Source: Candidatus Gygaella obscura
GTDB taxonomy: Bacteria > Omnitrophota > Gorgyraeia > Gygaellales > Gygaellaceae
Reading direction: 5' to 3'
NCBI GenBank assembly: GCA_030765485.1
Contig: JAVCCR010000031.1
Span: 17,359-81,358 of the forward strand
Length of the DNA: 64,000 bases
Every line of letters begins with the position of its first letter. Position 1 is the first letter of the stretch. Shown one piece after another: positions 8,916-19,581 of the stretch. The notes beneath the pieces are model-generated. The model saw nothing but the letters and a program-made list of their open reading frames with translations. It ran no database searches and was not told where the DNA came from. The position numbers and the translations under genes are program-made.

Positions 8916-10709
8916 ATGAAAGACTATTTGAAGTTGTTGAAGTTTGTAAAATCATATTGGTTTTTATTCATAATTGCCGCAGTTTTTATGGGTTTTACTG
9001 CCATCTTTGATGGTGCCTCGATTGGCATGATCGTTCCTTTGGCTGATAATGTTTTAACAGGCAAAAAAATAGTTGTTCCTGTTGAACTACCTCTTTTTTT
9101 GGATAGTTTTATAAATACAGTTAACCAAATGGCGCCTTTGTTGTTGTTAAAGATAATGGCTTTTGTGGTTTTGGCAGTGATTTTTCTAAAAGGTGTGGTA
9201 AGTTTTGTGTACAGTTATCTTATGTCTGATATAGGCCAGAAAGTTATGCGCGATATGCGCGCCATGCTTTATGGAAAGTTTTTGGATTTTTCGCTTGATT
9301 TCTATTCTAGAAAAAAAGCAGGGGAGCTTATTTCTAGGATTACAAATGATGTGCGTGTAGTTGAGAATGCAGTTTCATATGGGTTTACAGATCTTATCTA
9401 TCAATCTTTTCAGATAGTTGTTTTTACCTGCGTGGTTTTATTTATCAATTGGAAGCTGTCACTTTTTATTTTTGTAGCTTTGCCTTTATTGGTTATTCCG
9501 ATTGTAAAGGTGGGGAAAAAATTACGTAAGCTTTCTAAGGTTTCACAGGAAAAGATGGCTGATATAAATTCTTCTATAAATGAAACTATTTTTGGTATTA
9601 GAATCGTTAAGGCTTTTTGTGCCGAGCAGTATGAAAAAAACAAGTTCAATATGTTTAATATCAGTTATTATAAGGTGATGATGAAATCTATCAAAAGAAC
9701 GCTTATTTTATCTCCGGCAACGGAATTCGTCGGTGCAGCTGCAGGGATATTTGTGTTTTTCTTTGGTGGCAAAGAGGTAATTGAAGGAAGAATGTCTTTT
9801 GGGGTCTTTGGTCTATTTTTAGGTTCGTTATTATCAATGATTAGACCTTTTAAGAAATTAGGTCAGGTTAATTCTTTAATCCAACAGGCAGTTGCAGCCA
9901 GCGTGAGAATCTATGAGATAATCGATGAGCCGCCTTCTATTGTTGATACCGAAAATGCGGTAAAGTTAGAGGCTTTTAATGAAAAAATAGTTTTTGATAA
10001 TGTAAGATTTAGTTATGAGGTTCAGGAAGTTTTAAAAGGAATTAATTTGACGGTCAATAAAAACGAATTTATTGCAATAGTTGGTCCTAGCGGAGCAGGT
10101 AAAAGTACGCTTTTAGATTTGATTCCCAGGTTTTACGATCCGACAGGTGGAGGGATTACAATTGACGGTAGGGATGTAAGAGGATATAGCATCTTTTCTT
10201 TACGTAGACAGATCGGCATAGTTTCACAGGAGACAATTCTTTTTAATGATTCGGTAAAAGCAAATATTGCTTATGGTGTTAGCAATTATTCATCAGATGA
10301 TATAATGTCTGCTGCTAAAAAGGCTAATGCGCACGAGTTTATCATGAATCTGTCCAATGGATACGATACGGTTATCGGAGATAGAGGTTTTAAGCTTTCG
10401 GGTGGAGAAAAACAGCGTTTGGCTATAGCGCGGGCTATGCTAAAAAACCCGCAGATACTCATTTTAGATGAAGCAACAAGCCAGTTGGATACACAGTCAG
10501 AGCGGCTTGTTCAAGATGCATTGGATAGATTAATGGAGTCAAGGACTGTATTTGTTATAGCGCATAGACTTTCGACTGTAAAAAATGCCGATAGGATAAT
10601 GGTTATTGATAAAGGAAGCCTTGTTCAGCTTGGAACGCATACAGAATTAGTTAATAAAGAAGGCGTATATAAACATCTTTATGATATGCAGTTTGTTGAA
10701 AAGTCATAA
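8916..10709 (+). CDS. msbA: ABC exporter (TMD+NBD), lipid A flippase MsbA-like
   Basis: TM domain, Walker A GPSGAGKST, signature LSGGEKQR, LILDEATS, IAHRLST. Divergent from lpxB. ATG 8916 is preferred to GTG 8898, which lies inside the predicted promoter. Confidence 0.8.
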   Translation: MKDYLKLLKFVKSYWFLFIIAAVFMGFTAIFDGASIGMIVPLADNVLTGKKIVVPVELPLFLDSFINTVNQMAPLLLLKIMAFVVLAVIFLKGVVSFVYSYLMSDIGQKVMRDMRAMLYGKFLDFSLDFYSRKKAGELISRITNDVRVVENAVSYGFTDLIYQSFQIVVFTCVVLFINWKLSLFIFVALPLLVIPIVKVGKKLRKLSKVSQEKMADINSSINETIFGIRIVKAFCAEQYEKNKFNMFNISYYKVMMKSIKRTLILSPATEFVGAAAGIFVFFFGGKEVIEGRMSFGVFGLFLGSLLSMIRPFKKLGQVNSLIQQAVAASVRIYEIIDEPPSIVDTENAVKLEAFNEKIVFDNVRFSYEVQEVLKGINLTVNKNEFIAIVGPSGAGKSTLLDLIPRFYDPTGGGITIDGRDVRGYSIFSLRRQIGIVSQETILFNDSVKANIAYGVSNYSSDDIMSAAKKANAHEFIMNLSNGYDTVIGDRGFKLSGGEKQRLAIARAMLKNPQILILDEATSQLDTQSERLVQDALDRLMESRTVFVIAHRLSTVKNADRIMVIDKGSLVQLGTHTELVNKEGVYKHLYDMQFVEKS

Positions 10710-10792
10710 AAACCCAAATAAAATCGGTTTTATTTAGAATTTTTTCCTCATTTTCCACATTTTATTAAATAAAAACTATTTTATAAAAAATC

Positions 10793-10821
10793 TTGGCTTT
10801 TTTTGGTAATTATGGTATATT
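10793..10821 (+). promoter_or_regulatory. Candidate promoter of the rpsB operon
   Basis: TTGGCT, 17 nt, TATATT with an extended -10 TG. Confidence 0.45.
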
Positions 10822-10859
10822 GACGTTTCACTTTAAAAAAATGGAGGAAGTTAAATAAA

Positions 10860-11711
10860 ATGGTTAATGAGCTTATTAAGAAGTTACTGGAAGCAGGGGT
10901 TCATTTTGGTCACCAGACAAAGCGATGGAATCCCAAGATGAAGAAGTTCATTTTTGGCGAACGAAGCGGAATCTACATAATTGATTTAGAGAAAACCGCC
11001 GAGTGTGTCGAGAAAGCGAAGTCTTTTTTACAAGATTTAGCTACCAAGGGGGAAAACATTCTTTTTGTCGGTACAAAGAAGCAAGCTCAGCAGATAATCA
11101 AAGAAGAGGCGCAGCGCGCTTCAATGTTCTATGTTCATCATAGATGGCTGGGAGGATTACTGACTAATTTTCAGACAATCAACAAGTCAATCAAAAGATT
11201 CAAGGAAATCCAGAAGATGGAAGAGGATGGCACCTTCGATAATCTTGCTAAAAAGGAAGTTTTGATATTGAAGAAAGAGAAGGAAAAGTTTAGTAAGAAT
11301 TTAAGCGGTATCATTAATATGGAAAAAATCCCCGCAGCTGTTTTTATTATTGATGCCAAAAACGAAGAAACAGCGGTTAAAGAAGCAAAAAAGCTTAATA
11401 TCCCGATTGTTGCTTTAATCGATACTAATTGTAATCCTGATTTGATTGATTATCCTATTCCCGGTAATGATGACGCCATGAAGGCAGTTAAGCTTATTGT
11501 TTCAATGATGGCTGATGCGATTATCGAAGGAAGGAAAGATTTTTTATCGTATCTTTCTCAAGAAGGCGTAAAAAGAGAGGAAGAAGCTGCCTTAAAATCT
11601 GAATCAGGAGAAGAAGTTGAGAATTCTGAAGGAGAGATAGAGAAAGTAGACGGAGAAGAGAAGAAAAAAAGCAAAAAAGTAAGGCAAGTTAAAGAAAAAG
11701 ACGAAAATTAA
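10860..11711 (+). CDS. rpsB: 30S ribosomal protein S2
   Basis: [36 protein letters not shown], charged C-terminal tail. Confidence 0.98.
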   Translation: MVNELIKKLLEAGVHFGHQTKRWNPKMKKFIFGERSGIYIIDLEKTAECVEKAKSFLQDLATKGENILFVGTKKQAQQIIKEEAQRASMFYVHHRWLGGLLTNFQTINKSIKRFKEIQKMEEDGTFDNLAKKEVLILKKEKEKFSKNLSGIINMEKIPAAVFIIDAKNEETAVKEAKKLNIPIVALIDTNCNPDLIDYPIPGNDDAMKAVKLIVSMMADAIIEGRKDFLSYLSQEGVKREEEAALKSESGEEVENSEGEIEKVDGEEKKKSKKVRQVKEKDEN

Positions 11712-11745
11712 TAATAAAAAAAGATAAGCAAGGAGTAAAAGTGTT

Positions 11746-12270
11746 ATGGAAGTTTCTTTGGATAAGATCAAACAACTAAGAGAGAAAACACAAGTCAGCA
11801 TAAGCGACTGTAGAAGCGCTTTGATTGATGCTAATGGTGATATTAAAAAGGCGCAAGATATACTGAAAGAGAGAATGAAGGCTATTGCCGCCAAAAAAAC
11901 CGATAGGGTTACTTCCCAGGGAAGGATTGCTTCATATGTTCATTTTGATAGTAAAATCGGCGTTTTGGTAGAAGTAAATAGCGAAACTGATTTTGTTGCT
12001 AGAAATGAAGAATTCTGTAAGTTCTCTCAGGATGTGGCGTTACATATTGCTGCTTCAAACCCTGAGTATGTCAAGAAGGAGGATGTCCCTAAAGAGGCCC
12101 TAGAGGCAGAAGAGGATAAAGACGCCTTTTTAAAAGCCAAATGTTTATTGGAACAGAATTTTGTCAAGGACCCTTCTTTGGTTATTAAAGATTATCTTAT
12201 AAACATAATTGCTAAAACTGGTGAAAATGTTTCTATTAGCAGATTTGTAAGATATCATATTGGAAAGTAA
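11746..12270 (+). CDS. tsf: Elongation factor Ts (short form)
   Basis: IKQLREKT, EVNSETDFVARN, LLEQNFVKD, GENVSISRFVRY. Confidence 0.95.
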   Translation: MEVSLDKIKQLREKTQVSISDCRSALIDANGDIKKAQDILKERMKAIAAKKTDRVTSQGRIASYVHFDSKIGVLVEVNSETDFVARNEEFCKFSQDVALHIAASNPEYVKKEDVPKEALEAEEDKDAFLKAKCLLEQNFVKDPSLVIKDYLINIIAKTGENVSISRFVRYHIGK

Positions 12271-12279
12271 ACTTACAAA

Positions 12280-12999
12280 ATGAAAAGACAACCGTTATAT
12301 AAACGGATTGTATTAAAAATAAGCGGAGAAGCGCTTCAGGGTAAGCTAAAGCATGGTATTGATTTTGACTTTTGTGAAAAATTGGCTTTGGAGATAAAAG
12401 AAGTTTCCGCGCTTGGAATTCAGCTTGCCTTAGTTGTCGGCGGAGGTAATATTTTCCGTGGAGCAGAAAATACAAAGCGTTTAGGGATGGATCGTTCTGT
12501 AGCTGACTATATGGGTATGATGGCTACGGTTATAAACGGTATGGCCTTACAGGATATTTTAGAAAAATCAGGTGTCCCTACACGCGTTCAGACTTCTATT
12601 CAGATGCATGAAATTGCCGAACCCTACATAAGACGTAAAGCCATAAGACATCTGGAGAAAAAAAGAGTTGTTATTTTTGTTGCCGGTACGGGAAATCCTT
12701 ATTTTACAACTGACACAGCAGCAGCTCTTAAGGCAATGGAGATAAACGCGGATATTATATTAAAGGCAACAAAAGTTGATGGTGTATATTCAGCTGATCC
12801 GTTTAAGGTGAAGAAAGCAAAAAGATTTAAGACGCTTAAATATATTGATGTTTTAAAAAAAGGTCTCAAGGTAATGGATGCGACTGCTATAAGCTTATGT
12901 ATGGATAATAAGTTGCCGATTTTGGTTTTTGATCTTAATAAACCTGGCAATATTAAAAAAGCATTGTTTTCAAGTGAAATTGGAACCATGGTTAGATAA
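12280..12999 (+). CDS. pyrH: UMP kinase
   Basis: [39 protein letters not shown]. Confidence 0.97.
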   Translation: MKRQPLYKRIVLKISGEALQGKLKHGIDFDFCEKLALEIKEVSALGIQLALVVGGGNIFRGAENTKRLGMDRSVADYMGMMATVINGMALQDILEKSGVPTRVQTSIQMHEIAEPYIRRKAIRHLEKKRVVIFVAGTGNPYFTTDTAAALKAMEINADIILKATKVDGVYSADPFKVKKAKRFKTLKYIDVLKKGLKVMDATAISLCMDNKLPILVFDLNKPGNIKKALFSSEIGTMVR

Positions 13000-13018
13000 A
13001 AACAAAAAAGGTGATATT

Positions 13019-13579
13019 ATGAGCGTTAAAGAAGTTATTAAAAAAACCGAAGATAATATGAAGAAGGCTATTGTATCTTGTGCGAGAGAGTTTAATACGG
13101 TCCGCACCGGAAGAGCTTCGCCTTCTTTGGTGGAAGGTTTACATATTGATTATTATGGGACCCCGACTCTTTTAAAACAGCTGGCGAATATTTCTGTTCC
13201 TGATGCCCGTTTGATTGTTATCCAGCCATGGGATCTTTCGGCTATTGCTGAGATTGAAAAAGCAATTTTTTCATCCAATTTAGGGATTACTCCTTCTAAC
13301 GATGGTAAGGTTGTCAGGTTGGCAGTACCTCCTTTATCTGATGAAAGAAGAGAGGAGCTTGTAAAGGTTATAAAGCAGATGGTTGAAGAAACTCGAGTTT
13401 CAGTTCGTACCATAAGAAGAGATGCTAATGAGTCGGTAAAAAAACTTGAGTCTGAAAAGGTTATTTCTGAAGATGAAAAGTTTAAATCTCAGGATCAGAT
13501 TCAGAAGCTTACTAATAACTATATTGCGGAAGCAGATAAGCTTTTAGAAAATAAAGAAAAAGAGTTGAAGCAGTTTTAG
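13019..13579 (+). CDS. frr: Ribosome recycling factor
   Basis: RTGRASPSL, YYGTPT, IQPWD, PPLSDERREEL. Start at ATG 13019 after an AAGGTG SD. Confidence 0.97.
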   Translation: MSVKEVIKKTEDNMKKAIVSCAREFNTVRTGRASPSLVEGLHIDYYGTPTLLKQLANISVPDARLIVIQPWDLSAIAEIEKAIFSSNLGITPSNDGKVVRLAVPPLSDERREELVKVIKQMVEETRVSVRTIRRDANESVKKLESEKVISEDEKFKSQDQIQKLTNNYIAEADKLLENKEKELKQF

Positions 13580-13591
13580 ATTAATATATTT

Positions 13592-13664
13592 GGGCCACTA
13601 GCTCATCTGGTAGAGCACCACCCTTTTAAGGTGGCTGTGCCGCGTTCGAGTCGCGGGTGGCTCA
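13592..13664 (+). tRNA. tRNA-Lys(UUU)
   Basis: Acceptor GGGCCAC/GTGGCTC, anticodon arm CCACC-CTTTTAA-GGTGG, T-loop TTCGAGT. No encoded CCA. Confidence 0.95.
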
Positions 13665-13681
13665 TTAAATTTCTGCCTATA

Positions 13682-13763
13682 GGGCGGATGGCGGAATTGG
13701 CATACGCGGTAGCCTTAGGAGCTATTGGGGTAACCCATGGAGGTTCAAATCCTCTTCCGCCCA
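13682..13763 (+). tRNA. tRNA-Leu(UAG)
   Basis: Acceptor GGGCGGA/TCCGCCC, anticodon arm GTAGC-CTTAGGA-GCTAT, long variable arm, TTCAAAT. Confidence 0.95.
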
Positions 13764-13792
13764 TATGTGTTAAGAAAAATGCGTATGTTTGT

Positions 13793-13865
13793 GCGGGAGT
13801 AGCTCAGTTGGTAGAGCACTACCTTGCCAAGGTAGTTGTCGCGGGTTCGATGCCCGTCTCCCGCT
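13793..13865 (+). tRNA. tRNA-Gly(GCC)
   Basis: Acceptor GCGGGAG/CTCCCGC, anticodon arm CTACC-TTGCCAA-GGTAG, discriminator U. Confidence 0.95.
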
Positions 13866-13904
13866 TTAAATTATTAAAATCATTAATAAACAAAAGGGGA
13901 ACAG

Positions 13905-14375
13905 ATGAAGATTACCGATTTTCTTTCCAAAAAAGCAATTTCTGCAGAACTTAAAAGCACAAAAAAGGAAGATGTTATAAAAGAGATGGTTGATTTATTG
14001 ATTTCCGCAGGTGAAATCGAGAAAAAACACCGCAATAAATTAACGGAACTTCTAATGGCTAGAGAGGCCTTAGGTTCAACTGCTATCGGTCAAGGTGTTG
14101 CAATACCTCATGCTAAAATCGATTGCGTTAAACATTTGGTTGCAGCATTCGGCTTATCGAAAAAAGGAGTTAATTTTGATTCTTTAGATGGAGAGCCGGC
14201 ATATATATTCTTTTTATTGGTTGCTCCTCAGGATTCAGCAGGCCCACATCTGAAGGCATTAGCAAGGATATCCAGATTGTTAAAAGATAAATATTTTCGT
14301 GATAGTCTTAAGCAGGCCAAGGATATTGCTTTTATACTAAAAATTATTAATCAGGAAGATGACAAGAAGACTTAA
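13905..14375 (+). CDS. PTS EIIA component (Ntr/Fru-type)
   Basis: REALGSTAIGQGVAIPHAK phospho-His motif, FDSLDGEP, HLKALARISRLL. Confidence 0.92.
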   Translation: MKITDFLSKKAISAELKSTKKEDVIKEMVDLLISAGEIEKKHRNKLTELLMAREALGSTAIGQGVAIPHAKIDCVKHLVAAFGLSKKGVNFDSLDGEPAYIFFLLVAPQDSAGPHLKALARISRLLKDKYFRDSLKQAKDIAFILKIINQEDDKKT

Positions 14376-15600
14376 AATACTTTTTTTCTTTAGATGGCTT
14401 CAGCCTGGTCTAAGGATTAAACGCTGGGTTGCGCTTAGTCTTTGGGGAGTTTTTCTTATTTTGGTAGGCTCCAATAGATTGGGAATAGAGAAGCTGGTTT
14501 TTTTAAAAGCTTTGGAGTATTTTGTTATAGTTTTAGGCGTTGGTTTTTTATTCGTCGGTGTGATTGAACTTATATTATCAATTCTGTCATTATTTTTTCC
14601 GACAAAGAATAAGTCAGTTCGTAAAGTTGTAAAAATACGGCTTCTTGAGAAAGGACCCAAGATTGTTGCTATCGGGGGCGGAACAGGACTTGCTGTTCTT
14701 TTACAGGGAATAAAAGAGTATACTTCAAATATAAAAGCTGTAGTTACGGTTGCTGATGATGGTGGTTCTTCGGGTCGTTTAAGAGAGCAATTTGATATTT
14801 TGCCCCCGGGAGATATTAGGAACTGTCTTGTGGCTTTAGCTGATACAGAGCAGCTTATGCGTGACTTATTTCAGTTTAGGTTTAAAGGAGATTCAGAGCT
14901 TTCCGGCCATAGTTTCGGCAATTTGTTCATTACGGCTATGACACAGCTTACCGGTGATTTTGAAAAAGCGATAAAAGAATCTAGTAAGGTTTTAGCAATC
15001 AGGGGTCAGGTTGTTCCATCAACGCTTTATAAGGTAAATTTAGGGGCTGAGTATAATGATGGTTCTGTTGTTATCGGGGAAGCGGATATTCCTAAAAAGA
15101 AGCTTCCGATTAAAAGAGTATTTTTAAAATCTCAGCAGGATAGGCCTTTGGTTGCGACAGCTGAGGTTATTAAGTCGATCAATGAAGCAGATGCGATTAT
15201 TTTAGGTCCAGGCAGTTTATATACCAGTATTATTCCCAATCTTTTAATTACTGATATTGCTGATGCGATTGCTGCTTCAAATGCCAAAAAGTTTTATATC
15301 TGTAATGCCATGACTCAGGTTGGCGAGACAACGCAGTTTTCAGCATCAGACCATATCAGCACGCTTATCGCACACAGCAACAGACATATTTTAGATTACT
15401 GTGTTGTTAATAATAAAGTCATTCCTGAAGAGCTGTTGGATAGATATAAAAATGAAGGTTCTCAGCCGGTTGTTATCGATAGAGAAAAGGTTAGAACTAT
15501 GGGGTATAGGTTATTAGAGCAGGATCTGATTGCTGTTGATGGTTATGTAAGGCATGATTTTAGAAAATTAGCTAGGCTTTTGGTAAAATTAATAAAATAA
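14359..15600 (+). CDS. YvcK/GlmR (UPF0052) gluconeogenesis factor with N-terminal membrane extension
   Basis: IGGGTG, VADDGGSSGRLR, PPGDIRNCL, GHSFGNL, GPGSLYTS, RHD. Confidence 0.92.
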   Translation: MTRRLKILFFFRWLQPGLRIKRWVALSLWGVFLILVGSNRLGIEKLVFLKALEYFVIVLGVGFLFVGVIELILSILSLFFPTKNKSVRKVVKIRLLEKGPKIVAIGGGTGLAVLLQGIKEYTSNIKAVVTVADDGGSSGRLREQFDILPPGDIRNCLVALADTEQLMRDLFQFRFKGDSELSGHSFGNLFITAMTQLTGDFEKAIKESSKVLAIRGQVVPSTLYKVNLGAEYNDGSVVIGEADIPKKKLPIKRVFLKSQQDRPLVATAEVIKSINEADAIILGPGSLYTSIIPNLLITDIADAIAASNAKKFYICNAMTQVGETTQFSASDHISTLIAHSNRHILDYCVVNNKVIPEELLDRYKNEGSQPVVIDREKVRTMGYRLLEQDLIAVDGYVRHDFRKLARLLVKLIK

Positions 15601-15605
15601 ATTTA

Positions 15606-15869
15606 ATGTCAAAAATAAAAAAAGAGCTTATTGTAAAAAATAAACAAGGCCTACATGCAAGGCCAGCTGCACTATTCGTGCAGATTGCTAATAAGTATGA
15701 TGCGGAAATATCAGTAAAAAAAGAAGATGAAGAAGTTAATGGTAAATCGATCATGGGTATACTTTTATTGGGCGCGGAAAAAGATAGCAGAATAATGATT
15801 ATTGCTGATGGTGCCGATGCGAATGAGGCAATTGCAGAATTAGAAACCTTGATAAACAAAGAAGAATAA
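15606..15869 (+). CDS. ptsH: HPr phosphocarrier protein
   Basis: GLHARPAA (His15) and NGKSIMG (Ser46). Confidence 0.93.
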   Translation: MSKIKKELIVKNKQGLHARPAALFVQIANKYDAEISVKKEDEEVNGKSIMGILLLGAEKDSRIMIIADGADANEAIAELETLINKEE

Positions 15870-15873
15870 TTAT

Positions 15874-17613
15874 ATGGAAAAATTAAAAGGAATATCAGCA
15901 GCCCCGGGAATTGGTATTGGTTCTGCTCATTTGGCAGGTAAGGAAGAGTTTAATGTTGTTCCTTATAAAGTCAGATTGCAGGATGTTCCTGTTCAGATTC
16001 AGCTATTCGAAGATGCTCTTATTAAGACAAGAAAAGAAATAATTGAATTACAGGATAAGATATCCAAGGATTTAGGCAGAGAAGAGGCTGAGATTTTTGA
16101 TGCGCACCTGCTTGTTTTAGAAGATAGGATTTTAATAGAGGAAGTAATCTTACAATTAAAGAAAGAGCATCTTAACGTAGCCTATGTATTTCAAGAGGTA
16201 ATCAAAAAATATATCAGAGTATTCTCGCGAATTGAAGACGAATATTTGAAGGAAAGGATATCTGATATAAATGATGTTGGTAGACGCGTTATCAAAAATC
16301 TTTTGGGAGAGAAGGGTTTTTCTCTGCAGAATAAAAAAGAGCAATTTATAGTTGTTGCGCATGATCTTTCTCCTTCCGATACAGCAACAATGCATAATAG
16401 TAGGATTTTAGGTTTTATTACTGATATCGGTAGCAAAACCTCTCATACGGCAATAATGGCTAAGTCTTTGGAGATTCCATCTGTGGTTGGACTTGAAGTA
16501 GCGACAACAAAGATTAAAAATGATGACCAGCTAATTGTTGATGGCTTTTCAGGCTTAGTTATAATTAATCCCGATAAAGCAACCTTGAAGGCCTATAGAA
16601 AGAAGGAAGAGGAGTTTAAAAGAATAAACAAGAAGTTTATTTCTTTGAAGTCTTTGCCTGCAAAGACAACAGATGGTAAAAGGGTAAGAGTTGTGGCTAA
16701 TATTGAGTTTCCTGAAGATATTCCTTCTTTGGTTCAGCATGGGGCAGAAGGTATCGGACTTTATAGAACTGAATATTTTTATATGAATAGAACCACGCTT
16801 CCTACTGAAAATGAACAGTTTGAAGCTTATAAGTTTGTAGCACAAGCTGTAAGTCCGTATTCGATTGTTATAAGGACTTTGGATTTAGGAGGAGATAAAT
16901 TCTTGTCTCAGCTGGCAGTGCCTAGAGAGATGTCTGCATTTTTAGGTTGGCGTGCAATACGTTTTTGTCTTGCTCAACCAGATATGTTTAAGGCACAATT
17001 AAGGGCGATACTGCGCGCTTCTAAGTTTGGAAAACTTAAACTTATGTATCCGATGATTTCTGGAGTAGATGAATTAAGGCAGGCAAATAAAATGCTTTCT
17101 GAGTGTAAGATAGAGCTGAAGAAAAAACATATTGAATTCGATGAAGAATTAGAAGTGGGAGTGATGATTGAAGTTCCTGCAGCTGCGATGACAGCAGATA
17201 TATTGGCTAAGGAGGCAGATTTTTTCAGTATTGGAACTAATGATTTAATTCAGTATTCTTTAGCAGTAGATAGAACCAATGAAAAAGTTGCCTATCTTTA
17301 TGAACCTGCTCATCCGGCAGTGTTGAGGATGGTCAAAAAAGTTATTGATGATGGTCATAATGCTGGAATATGGGTTGGTATGTGTGGTGAAATGGCAGGA
17401 GATCCGTATTTTTCGCTTTTACTTTTAGGACTTGGTTTGGATGAGTTCAGTATGCCTCCTGCAGTAGTACCGCAGATAAAACAGGTTGTAAGAAGTTTTA
17501 GTTTTTCCGATGCCCAAGATATTGCTAGAAAGGCGATGGAACATTCTACGGCAAAAGAGGTAGAAGAATTTACCAAGAAGTTTTTTAACAAAACAGAATT
17601 TAAAATATTTTAA
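15874..17613 (+). CDS. ptsI: Phosphoenolpyruvate-protein phosphotransferase (enzyme I)
   Basis: SKTSHTAIMA, GIGLYRTE, RTLDLGGDK, FFSIGTNDLIQY, MCGEMAG. Confidence 0.96.
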   Translation: MEKLKGISAAPGIGIGSAHLAGKEEFNVVPYKVRLQDVPVQIQLFEDALIKTRKEIIELQDKISKDLGREEAEIFDAHLLVLEDRILIEEVILQLKKEHLNVAYVFQEVIKKYIRVFSRIEDEYLKERISDINDVGRRVIKNLLGEKGFSLQNKKEQFIVVAHDLSPSDTATMHNSRILGFITDIGSKTSHTAIMAKSLEIPSVVGLEVATTKIKNDDQLIVDGFSGLVIINPDKATLKAYRKKEEEFKRINKKFISLKSLPAKTTDGKRVRVVANIEFPEDIPSLVQHGAEGIGLYRTEYFYMNRTTLPTENEQFEAYKFVAQAVSPYSIVIRTLDLGGDKFLSQLAVPREMSAFLGWRAIRFCLAQPDMFKAQLRAILRASKFGKLKLMYPMISGVDELRQANKMLSECKIELKKKHIEFDEELEVGVMIEVPAAAMTADILAKEADFFSIGTNDLIQYSLAVDRTNEKVAYLYEPAHPAVLRMVKKVIDDGHNAGIWVGMCGEMAGDPYFSLLLLGLGLDEFSMPPAVVPQIKQVVRSFSFSDAQDIARKAMEHSTAKEVEEFTKKFFNKTEFKIF

Positions 17614-18369
17614 ATGAAGGCCTTATTACTTGCTGCTGGTTACGGAACAAGGCTTTATCCTTTGACGGAGAAAATCCCTAAACCTCTTCTGCCAATTGCC
17701 GGTAGACCTATTATTGATTATCTAATTACTCAAATTCAAAAAGCCGATCATATCAAAGAGGTATTTGTTGTATCTAATGATAAGTTCTTTGATGATTTTA
17801 AAGTATGGCAGCATAGCGCTAGAAAAAAACACGGGGATTTAAAGATCACTGTTATTAATGACGGTACAAAGTCGCCCGTAGAGCGTTTGGGCGCTATTGC
17901 TGATGTGCAGTTTGCTATAGCTAAGAAAAAAATTAAGGATAATCTTTTGATAGTTGGCGGAGATAATATTTTTGATTATAATTTAAAAAAGTTTATTTTA
18001 AAAGCAAAACAAAAAAGATCTATTAGTCTTGGTGTGCACGATGTCAAAGAAAAAAGAATTGCTACCCACTATGGGGTAGTAAGCTTTAACGGTAAAAAAA
18101 TCCTTAAAGAGTTTCAGGAAAAACCAAATCGGCCCAAGACTACCTTGGCAGCGATGTGCCTTTATTATTTCCCTAAAGAAAAACTAAAAGACATCGCTTT
18201 ATATCTTAATCAGCCTCATGACCGCAAAGATGCAATTGGAGATTATTTTAATTGGCTGCATAGAATTGAAGATGTTTACGTGCATGAGTTTAAGGGAAAG
18301 TGGTTTGATATTGGTAATCACGATTCATACAGAAGGGCAGAAACGTATTTTAATGCAAAATATAAATAG
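17614..18369 (+). CDS. Sugar-phosphate nucleotidyltransferase family protein
   Basis: LLAAGYGTRLYPLT, PKPLL, GGDN, FQEKP, WFDIG. Confidence 0.88.
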   Translation: MKALLLAAGYGTRLYPLTEKIPKPLLPIAGRPIIDYLITQIQKADHIKEVFVVSNDKFFDDFKVWQHSARKKHGDLKITVINDGTKSPVERLGAIADVQFAIAKKKIKDNLLIVGGDNIFDYNLKKFILKAKQKRSISLGVHDVKEKRIATHYGVVSFNGKKILKEFQEKPNRPKTTLAAMCLYYFPKEKLKDIALYLNQPHDRKDAIGDYFNWLHRIEDVYVHEFKGKWFDIGNHDSYRRAETYFNAKYK

Positions 18370-18385
18370 TTAAAAAGGAGAAAAC

Positions 18386-19555
18386 ATGGTGCACAAAAAG
18401 CATTTTTTTACATCCGAATCTGTTGGAGAAGGACATCCGGATAAAGTCTGCGATCAAATTTCAGATGCAGTCTTAGATGAGGTTTTAAGAAACGATCCCT
18501 ATGGCCGTGTTGCCTGCGAGACTTATGTTACCATGGGACTTTTGATTGTAGGAGGTGAAATTACAACCACTACTTATATAGATGTACACAAAATTACAAG
18601 GGATTTACTAAAGAAAATCGGTTATAACCATCCCAAATATGGATTTGATTATCATACCTGTGCAATTGTTAATACTATAAATAGACAATCTCCTGATATT
18701 GCACAAGGTGTTGATAGGGGAGGTGCAGGTGATCAGGGTTTGATGGTTGGTTATGCTTGTCGTGAGACAAAAGAACTTATGCCGCTTGCGATAATGTTAT
18801 CTCATAGGTTAGTAAAACAGACTGCAGATGTAAGAAGAAAAGGAATTTTAAAATATTTAGGACCTGATTGCAAGTCTCAGGTTACTGTAGAATATCATGA
18901 CGGTAAACCAAAACGCGTTGATTCTGTTGTTTTGGCCTGTCAGCATACAACGGAAATTTTAGATTCCACAAAAGAGCAGATAACAAAGAAGGCAAAAAAA
19001 GAAATCATTGAGAAGATTGCCAAACCGATAGTGAAAGATTACGTTGATAAAAATACTAAATACTATATAAATGAGACGGGAAAATTTGTTGTTGGTGGTC
19101 CTCAGTCTGATACAGGTATGACTGGAAGAAAAATCGTAGTTGATACCTATGGTGGTACAGCTGCTCCAGGTGGTGGAGCCTTTTCGGGGAAAGACCCCAC
19201 TAAGGTGGATAGATCTGCTGCATATATGGCTAGATACATTGCAAAAAATCTTGTTGCCGCAGGCCTTGCAGATAAATGTCTTGTGCAGCTTGCCTATGTA
19301 ATAGGTAAGGCTGAGCCTTTATCGATTATGATTGATACTTCTGGAACAAGTAAGCTGAGCGAAACAAATTTAGTAAAACTGGTTAGGGATAATTTTGAGC
19401 TTACGCCTAAGGGGATGATTGCCTCGCTTAATTTACTTCGCCCTATATACGAAAAAACCGCTTGTTACGGTCATTTTGGCAGAACAGAAGTAGAGTTTAG
19501 CTGGGAGAATACGAACAAAGCAGCTACATTAAAAAAACAGGCATCTAAATTATAA
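18386..19555 (+). CDS. metK: S-adenosylmethionine synthetase
   Basis: [35 protein letters not shown]. Confidence 0.98.
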   Translation: MVHKKHFFTSESVGEGHPDKVCDQISDAVLDEVLRNDPYGRVACETYVTMGLLIVGGEITTTTYIDVHKITRDLLKKIGYNHPKYGFDYHTCAIVNTINRQSPDIAQGVDRGGAGDQGLMVGYACRETKELMPLAIMLSHRLVKQTADVRRKGILKYLGPDCKSQVTVEYHDGKPKRVDSVVLACQHTTEILDSTKEQITKKAKKEIIEKIAKPIVKDYVDKNTKYYINETGKFVVGGPQSDTGMTGRKIVVDTYGGTAAPGGGAFSGKDPTKVDRSAAYMARYIAKNLVAAGLADKCLVQLAYVIGKAEPLSIMIDTSGTSKLSETNLVKLVRDNFELTPKGMIASLNLLRPIYEKTACYGHFGRTEVEFSWENTNKAATLKKQASKL

Positions 19556-19581
19556 GTTAAACAAACAAGGAGAAAATATTG

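Noticed and set aside
13631-13954. 107-aa ORF after frr, plus the ORF at 61298-61486 and the 5' extensions at 48247 and 60851
   Set aside because: They run through clearly folded tRNA genes and are spurious translations.
18370-19581. SAM/SAH riboswitches before metK/ahcY, and T-boxes before ilvB or serS
   Set aside because: The intergenic gaps (1-65 nt) are too short or occupied by promoter elements.
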